A stretch of DNA of 64,000 nt from Chitinophagaceae bacterium (GTDB taxonomy: Bacteria > Bacteroidota > Bacteroidia > Chitinophagales > Chitinophagaceae), in assembly GCA_947447465.1 (NCBI GenBank), contig CANFKE010000014.1, positions 8,531 to 72,530 on the forward strand, given 5' to 3'. How positions within the stretch are numbered: the first letter of the stretch is position 1; each line of letters starts with the position of its first letter. The position numbers were made by a program, and so were the translations under genes. Shown piece after piece: positions 58,209 through 64,000 of this stretch. A model generated the notes under the pieces. That model saw only the letters and a list, made by a program, of their open reading frames with translations, was not told the DNA's origin and made no database searches.

Positions 58209-61200
58209 TTATTTATCTAATTCAAAATGGATGATCTTGCTCAAATGTTCTGAATGTACATTCAATATATACATACCATTGGCCAGATCACCATCCAATA
58301 CTACAGTGTTGTCGATAGCACCACTTGCTGCATTGAACTTATTGCGATACACTATCTGACCGATCATATTCGTGATCTCCACGCTTATTTCCTCATCAGA
58401 TGTGATACCCAGACTGCCGTGAATATTGAACTTACCCTTTGTAGGATTCGGCATTACTTTGATCTCACTGTTAGGTCCGTTCACCTGATTCACACCCACA
58501 TTACCACCGATGGCAATTTCACGTGATGCGAATACAGAAATATTATTACACAGATCGTGGTTGGTCATTACACAAGTGAATGAATCACCTGTCGCCAATA
58601 CGTTAGTTGAATAAACGGTAGTGGTTGCACCTGGTATCAATACACCATTCTTCTTCCACCTGTAAGTAGGCGCTGAACCCGGATTAACAGGTATTGCTGT
58701 AAATGTTGCAGTCATACCCGGAGCAAGTATATATCCCGGAGTTACGTTGATTGAGATATCAGGAATAGCTACAGGAATGACCGTTACCGTATGTGGCGCA
58801 CTTGTGGTGACCGAATAATTGACGCAAGGGAAATTGCTGGTCATGGTCACATCTACCACATCTCCGGTATTGGCCATGTAAGCAAGGCTACCTGCAGTAC
58901 CCGCAGGCAGGCCATTTACTCTCCATTGGTAGGTAGGATGTGTGCCGCCACCGCTCATTACAGTTGTATAAGCAATTGGATAACCCTGACATGCAGTATC
59001 AGAACCGACAATGGTGATGGTCGGGTTGAGGAACGGACTGACCGTCAATCTCAACGTATCAGTTGCCGAGTCAACCAATGGACAGATATAATTACTATGT
59101 ACTACTACCTTAATGAAGTCATTGTTAGCAGGTACGTAAGTATGCGTGCTACCCGGTCCTACGTTCACACCATTGATGGTCCAGTTATATGTTGGCGCAA
59201 CACCACCAAACAAAGTGTTTGGATTCAATGTAACCGGATTACCCAGACATGTCGTATCGCCTATACCTGTTGCCAGGTTCAGAATTGGTGTTCTGCGGGT
59301 GATCACACTCATCTTAACAAAGTCGGTATCACGTGCCGGTAACGGACAAGCAGCATTGCTGGTCATTACAACTTTCACGGAGTCACCGTTCAATGGAATA
59401 TAAGAGAATGAAGCACCGGTTCCGGCAGGTATATTATTCACAGTCCATTGGAAGGTAGGAGAAGGTCCGCCATTGATCACATTGGCGGTATAAGTGACAA
59501 GGGTATTCTGACATACTGTTGCTATAGGTCCCACCAATGTCAATGTAGGACTGGTAGTAATAGACACCAATGGTGCAACGATCGGATATGATGTTACGGT
59601 CATTGTGTCGCGGCAACCATAGCCACGTGTAGTAAAGCTGATCAAAGCGGTATTGACCGTTGATGGTGGCCCGGTGATCACTCCACGTACAACACCCGAA
59701 TTTGAATCGACCTTGATCAATGAAGTGTCAGAACTCAACCAATATCCGAATGCAGAATCCACTGTAAGACCTACAGTATAACCCTGACAAACTGATGTAG
59801 GACCTGTAACGGTCGGGCCGGGATTAATGGAGATCGGAGAGAAAACGAAGCAAGAAGTTGAGGTAAGTGTATAGCTGATAAAAGCAGTACCACCCGACAT
59901 GCCGACAAGCGCGCCTGATGTTGCATCTATACTGGCAACAGCAGGATTACTACTGCTCCATGTACCACCACCTGTGGTATTATTCAATGTAATTGTCACA
60001 TTAGGACAGATAGTAGAGATACCTGTTATTACTGACGGAGGAGGTGTTACTGTGATCGAATGAGTAGAGATACAGCTTGAACCGGCAATAGCATAAGTGA
60101 TAGTTGTAGTACCTAATGTTGCTCCGGAAACAATACCAATAGCGTTGATAGGTGCAACTACCGAGTTGCTGCTGCTCCAGGTACCACCCGATGGGGTATC
60201 TACCAAAGTAGTAAAGCCACCCAAACAAACTGTAGAAGAACCTATAATTGGTCCCGGACTTGGGAATACTGATATGGTCGTGCCTACAGAACAACCGGTG
60301 GATGGCGCTGCATAACTAACAGTAGCAATACCCAATACATTACCGGTAATGATACCTGTTGTTGCATCTATAGACGCAACTGTAGTTGGTGTGCTGCTCC
60401 ATACTCCACCTGCAGGCAAACTCGTAAGCGTAGTAGATGCACCACGACAAACGGTCGGTCCGCCACTGATCGGTGAAGGAAGTGCATTTACAGTGAATGG
60501 TGTCAATGAGATACTGCAACCTGTAGATGTCTGTGTAAAGTTAATGGTAGCGATACCTGCTGAAAGACCATTCACCACGCCTGTGCCGGCACCAATGCTA
60601 ACAAAACCTCCTGTCTGACTCCAGGTGCCAGGAGCAGAAGCATTGGTCAATGTCAATGAAGAACCTACGCACACTGAGGAACCACCCAGTATAGGTGATG
60701 GTGCATTATATACATTTACTATAGCGGTGTCAAAACAACCTCCTGCTAATGTATATGAGATAATTGCTGTACCTCCCGCTACACCTACCACACCACCTGT
60801 TGCGGTCACTGTAGCAGCTGCAGTATTAGAGCTGGCCCATGTTCCGCTACCTGTAGTATTGAATAATGAAACTGTATTACCAGGACATACATTGTAGGTA
60901 CCGGTAATTGCTGCAGGACTCTGATTAACAGTTACAGCATAAGTTTGAAATGCAGTACCGCAACCATTGGTTACTGTGTAGCTGATCGTTACCGCGCCGG
61001 TTGCAATACCATGTACAAGACCGGTACTGCTCACAGTAGCTATTGTATTGTCGCTTGAAGACCATGTACCTGATGGTGTGGTTTCTGTAAGCGTAATGTT
61101 AGTGCCGGTACATACTGAGGTAGGACCACCGATAGCAGCAATTATCGGACCGGATGTTACCGTTACTATCGCAGTATCATAGCACCCGCCTGATATTGTA

Positions 61201-63440
61201 TAAGAGATCATTGTTGTACCTGCGGATACCGGATGAACTACTCCTACAGGATTACTGATGGTCGCTACAGGTAAATTATTGCTCGACCAGGTTCCTGATG
61301 GTGTGGTACTGGACAATGTGGTCGTACCACTGGTACAAACAGTGGTGATACCGGTAATTGGCGCGGGAGATTGATTGATCGCGATCGGACCATAGGTCTG
61401 ACTCGCGGCGCCACATGTATTAGTAACAGAATAAGTGATCGTCACGCTCGAACCTCCGGTGATACCTGTCACTACTCCGTTCACTACGGTAGCAACTGAA
61501 GGTGCTGAACTGCTCCAGGTACCCAGTGGTGTTGCATCTGTCAAAGTGATAGCATAACCCGAGCATAATGATGTAGCAGTACCTGATATTGGCGCAACTA
61601 CAGGGAATACACTTACAGTAAATGCTTTTCTCAATAAGGTAGCCGTATCATTATTGCAGATGATACGATAATATACAGTATCAGTTCCTGCTGCTACAGG
61701 ATATACCGCGCCATTCGTAGCATTGATGGTAGCTACCAAAGGATCAAGAACAGACCATGTACCTCCGGCAACTGCATCTTTAAATGTATCTACGTTAGGT
61801 ACACATATCAATGACGGACCTGTAATGGGTGCGGTAACCGGTATAGGATAATTCCTCAGGATCGAAACTGAAGGTCCCTGACTATTGCCGGTAATGATAT
61901 CCGGTTTAGTATCACCATCCACATCAGCGATCGTAACACCTATCGGATTTGTACCTACTGCAAAAGAAGCTGTTGATGTCAATACGGCATTACCGGTCGT
62001 TGATGTATTTCTGAAAATGTTCACATTAGCACCATACAGATCGTCAATGACTATGTCTGTCTGTCCGTCACCATCTATATCTCCTGCTGCTAGGCCAATC
62101 GGAGATACTCCCGGAGTCGCATTGTCTAAACGTGCAGCAAATGAACCTGTGGTTATCGAACCACTTGATGCCTGATTCAAAAAGACATGCAAATAGCCTT
62201 CAACGGGAATATTAGCTCCTGCAGCGGCAATATCTTTTTTGCCATCACCATCAATATCGACAGTGATCACCTGATTGACAGTGATACCCGAGAGTAACGG
62301 GAAATCAACATAAGAATTGAATGCGAAATTGCCTGCCCCTGATGAATTATTTCTCAATACAGATACTGTGCTGGCAGTAGAAACACCATTATCTCCCTGA
62401 TTACCTACTACGATATCAACTTTACCGTCGCCATCAAAATCCGCATTTGACAAACTAACAGGAGCACCATTATGAGGCAAAGCAAAAGATACAGGACCAA
62501 CAAAATTAGTACCTGTAAACCCGCCGGCAACTACTCCGGTTATTGCATTCTTAAAGATCTTTACTGAGTCATTACCTGTTAATGCGGATCCCGCAAGGTT
62601 GGTCTCTTTTACAGCTGCTGCAATATCGGGTTTACCATCACCATCAAAATCTGCGATAGTCACCTCCATTGGTAGTGCACCATAAGTAGCAGGAGTAAAA
62701 TTGCAGGTTACGGTTCTTACTGTGGTCATGGTAATGGTACCAAGGGTACTGTTATTTCTGATGATCGATATACCACTACTTTTATTACATGCAACAACTA
62801 TATCCAACTTTCCATCTCTGTCAAGATCGGCAAACTTTATAGATGCCGGACCGTTAGCTACTGTAATTGTAATAGGAGCACTGAAAGATGCTGCTGTGAG
62901 CGCACCCGCGATACTTACATTCTTGTATATCCCAATATAGCTTGTACCATGTGTTGCAACTACCATATCCAGTTTGCCATCCCCATCCAGATCAGCGAAT
63001 CCCGCTGTATAGGGCTCACTTGATGTATTAGTAGTAATGTCAACCTTTGGTTTAAAATTGTAGGCGCCCGGTATAAAGCAAGAGCTCAGATATTCAGGTA
63101 CAAAAGAGGCACTCGACATAGCCCATCCCAATGTGGTCAGATTTGCTACCGCAACATTGGTATTGGAAGCACCCACCGGAACCGTAACAGTAAGACTGGT
63201 AGCAGTAGCAGCGGTAGGAGCAGCAGCTCTTACTCCACCAAAATAAACAGCATTGCTGGCGGCGGTAGTATTGAAGCCTGTACCTATAATAGTAACAGTG
63301 CTACCCGGTATTGCTGAATTAGGCGTAACAGAGGTTACGGTCTGACCCACTGCATTGGTACTATTCAAAAGAAGGGAACTAAGAGCCAACGCACACACAC
63401 CTATCAAGTTCTTCACACGTGGGTAATAGATTTTAATCAT
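58209..63440 (-). CDS. Giant T9SS type A adhesin-like paralogue: IPT/TIG, 7 FG-GAP repeats, 10 Big_2-like repeats, 4 other Ig-like repeats, CTD
   Basis: Seven D.DGDG..DI motifs; 10 repeats of about 75 aa; four GG..PTYQW.VNG...D...V.MTSN..C repeats; C-terminal VMPNPTKG..ITNMIGQ..LANGMYIL. Confidence 0.92.
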   Translation of the reverse strand: MIKIYYPRVKNLIGVCALALSSLLLNSTNAVGQTVTSVTPNSAIPGSTVTIIGTGFNTTAASNAVYFGGVRAAAPTAATATSLTVTVPVGASNTNVAVANLTTLGWAMSSASFVPEYLSSCFIPGAYNFKPKVDITTNTSSEPYTAGFADLDGDGKLDMVVATHGTSYIGIYKNVSIAGALTAASFSAPITITVANGPASIKFADLDRDGKLDIVVACNKSSGISIIRNNSTLGTITMTTVRTVTCNFTPATYGALPMEVTIADFDGDGKPDIAAAVKETNLAGSALTGNDSVKIFKNAITGVVAGGFTGTNFVGPVSFALPHNGAPVSLSNADFDGDGKVDIVVGNQGDNGVSTASTVSVLRNNSSGAGNFAFNSYVDFPLLSGITVNQVITVDIDGDGKKDIAAAGANIPVEGYLHVFLNQASSGSITTGSFAARLDNATPGVSPIGLAAGDIDGDGQTDIVIDDLYGANVNIFRNTSTTGNAVLTSTASFAVGTNPIGVTIADVDGDTKPDIITGNSQGPSVSILRNYPIPVTAPITGPSLICVPNVDTFKDAVAGGTWSVLDPLVATINATNGAVYPVAAGTDTVYYRIICNNDTATLLRKAFTVSVFPVVAPISGTATSLCSGYAITLTDATPLGTWSSSAPSVATVVNGVVTGITGGSSVTITYSVTNTCGAASQTYGPIAINQSPAPITGITTVCTSGTTTLSSTTPSGTWSSNNLPVATISNPVGVVHPVSAGTTMISYTISGGCYDTAIVTVTSGPIIAAIGGPTSVCTGTNITLTETTPSGTWSSSDNTIATVSSTGLVHGIATGAVTISYTVTNGCGTAFQTYAVTVNQSPAAITGTYNVCPGNTVSLFNTTGSGTWASSNTAAATVTATGGVVGVAGGTAIISYTLAGGCFDTAIVNVYNAPSPILGGSSVCVGSSLTLTNASAPGTWSQTGGFVSIGAGTGVVNGLSAGIATINFTQTSTGCSISLTPFTVNALPSPISGGPTVCRGASTTLTSLPAGGVWSSTPTTVASIDATTGIITGNVLGIATVSYAAPSTGCSVGTTISVFPSPGPIIGSSTVCLGGFTTLVDTPSGGTWSSSNSVVAPINAIGIVSGATLGTTTITYAIAGSSCISTHSITVTPPPSVITGISTICPNVTITLNNTTGGGTWSSSNPAVASIDATSGALVGMSGGTAFISYTLTSTSCFVFSPISINPGPTVTGPTSVCQGYTVGLTVDSAFGYWLSSDTSLIKVDSNSGVVRGVITGPPSTVNTALISFTTRGYGCRDTMTVTSYPIVAPLVSITTSPTLTLVGPIATVCQNTLVTYTANVINGGPSPTFQWTVNNIPAGTGASFSYIPLNGDSVKVVMTSNAACPLPARDTDFVKMSVITRRTPILNLATGIGDTTCLGNPVTLNPNTLFGGVAPTYNWTINGVNVGPGSTHTYVPANNDFIKVVVHSNYICPLVDSATDTLRLTVSPFLNPTITIVGSDTACQGYPIAYTTVMSGGGTHPTYQWRVNGLPAGTAGSLAYMANTGDVVDVTMTSNFPCVNYSVTTSAPHTVTVIPVAIPDISINVTPGYILAPGMTATFTAIPVNPGSAPTYRWKKNGVLIPGATTTVYSTNVLATGDSFTCVMTNHDLCNNISVFASREIAIGGNVGVNQVNGPNSEIKVMPNPTKGKFNIHGSLGITSDEEISVEITNMIGQIVYRNKFNAASGAIDNTVVLDGDLANGMYILNVHSEHLSKIIHFELDK

Positions 63441-64000
63441 AAAATATAATTAAGATTTTTCAATTCTATTTAATATATGCCTGTTTTGCGCATGACAACA
63501 CCCTGCATTTCACTCGGTCACCTATATACATACGCACACCACCCCTATGGGGGCAGCAACAAATCAAGGTTAAAAATAGGAAAATATTTGCAATATTATA
63601 TTTTTAAGCCCCTAATCTGACAATTTTTATTTTAAAATGCGTTCGCATTTATAACAAGGTGTAAACCATCTGTCAGTATGTCTGACCTTCGGATGGTACG
63701 GAATCGGATGGGTAAGAAATGTAAAAATAAAGCCGGAGAATACATGCTGTTATTTTCATATACCAAAGATCGCAGAATGTTTCTCCTCAACAAAAAGATA
63801 TCCACAAAAATCACCCCTTCCAAAGTATTATCCATAGCCCCTTCCGGAGCATTCCGCCTTTACTTTTGTGAATATCTTTATTTGCCGTCTTTCAATACTC
63901 GCATTAATTTACACCATCTTCGATCATATGAAAAAATGCACGCTATGATGTCTGATTCGTGAGATCTGAGCTATCCGGATATTGTCAGTTGCAGAAAGTA

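Noticed and set aside
50861-63440. Many 60-220-aa + strand ORFs within the adhesin genes
   Set aside because: Antisense shadows produced by the repetitive Thr/Gly/Val-rich coding sequence.
63521-63553. CCCC-TAT-GGGG hairpin upstream of the 1743-aa adhesin, a possible REP copy
   Set aside because: Only a 4-bp stem and no clear GTAG/CTAC tag; too weak to call.
63441-64000. Search for tRNA, ncRNA or a gene in the terminal 560 bp
   Set aside because: AT-rich upstream region with no cloverleaf; the short ORFs lack coding features.

Overview
A 64-kb chromosomal segment of a Bacteroidota bacterium. The phylum call rests on TAnnTTTG -7 promoter boxes and the gldJ/porU/porV T9SS locus; the many Ig-repeat T9SS cargo proteins suggest Chitinophagaceae-like (inference). 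Most of it is housekeeping or envelope genes: speB, S46 dipeptidyl peptidase, groEL/ES, cold-shock protein, holB, type III glnA, PPTase, rsmE, ECF sigma, lysC, ccmE/ccmF-like, pccB-like, murF. It also carries gldJ-porU-porV and six T9SS-type cargo genes, including two tandem giant FG-GAP/Ig-stalk adhesin paralogues (2341 and 1743 aa). I found no tRNA, rRNA, CRISPR array, transposase or integrase. The unexplained structure is mostly intergenic. (i) A modular family of REP-like hairpins (short hairpin, 8-9 nt spacer, GTAG tag, often a second hairpin) occurs at about 7 sites, with a dense five-hairpin cluster at 23.4-23.55 kb and inverted copies bracketing one T9SS cargo gene. (ii) An origin/operator-like block (direct repeats, perfect DnaA box, 22-bp tandem palindromic repeats) lies directly upstream of an orphan phage-like HTH gene. 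(iii) Octamer tandem arrays share a 14-mer and abut -7 promoter boxes. Three small lipoprotein genes are missing from the ORF track (one His-rich, one truncated by the window edge), and two neighbouring enzymes have Cys-to-Ser active-site changes. All family assignments come from recognising motifs by eye; no database search was run.
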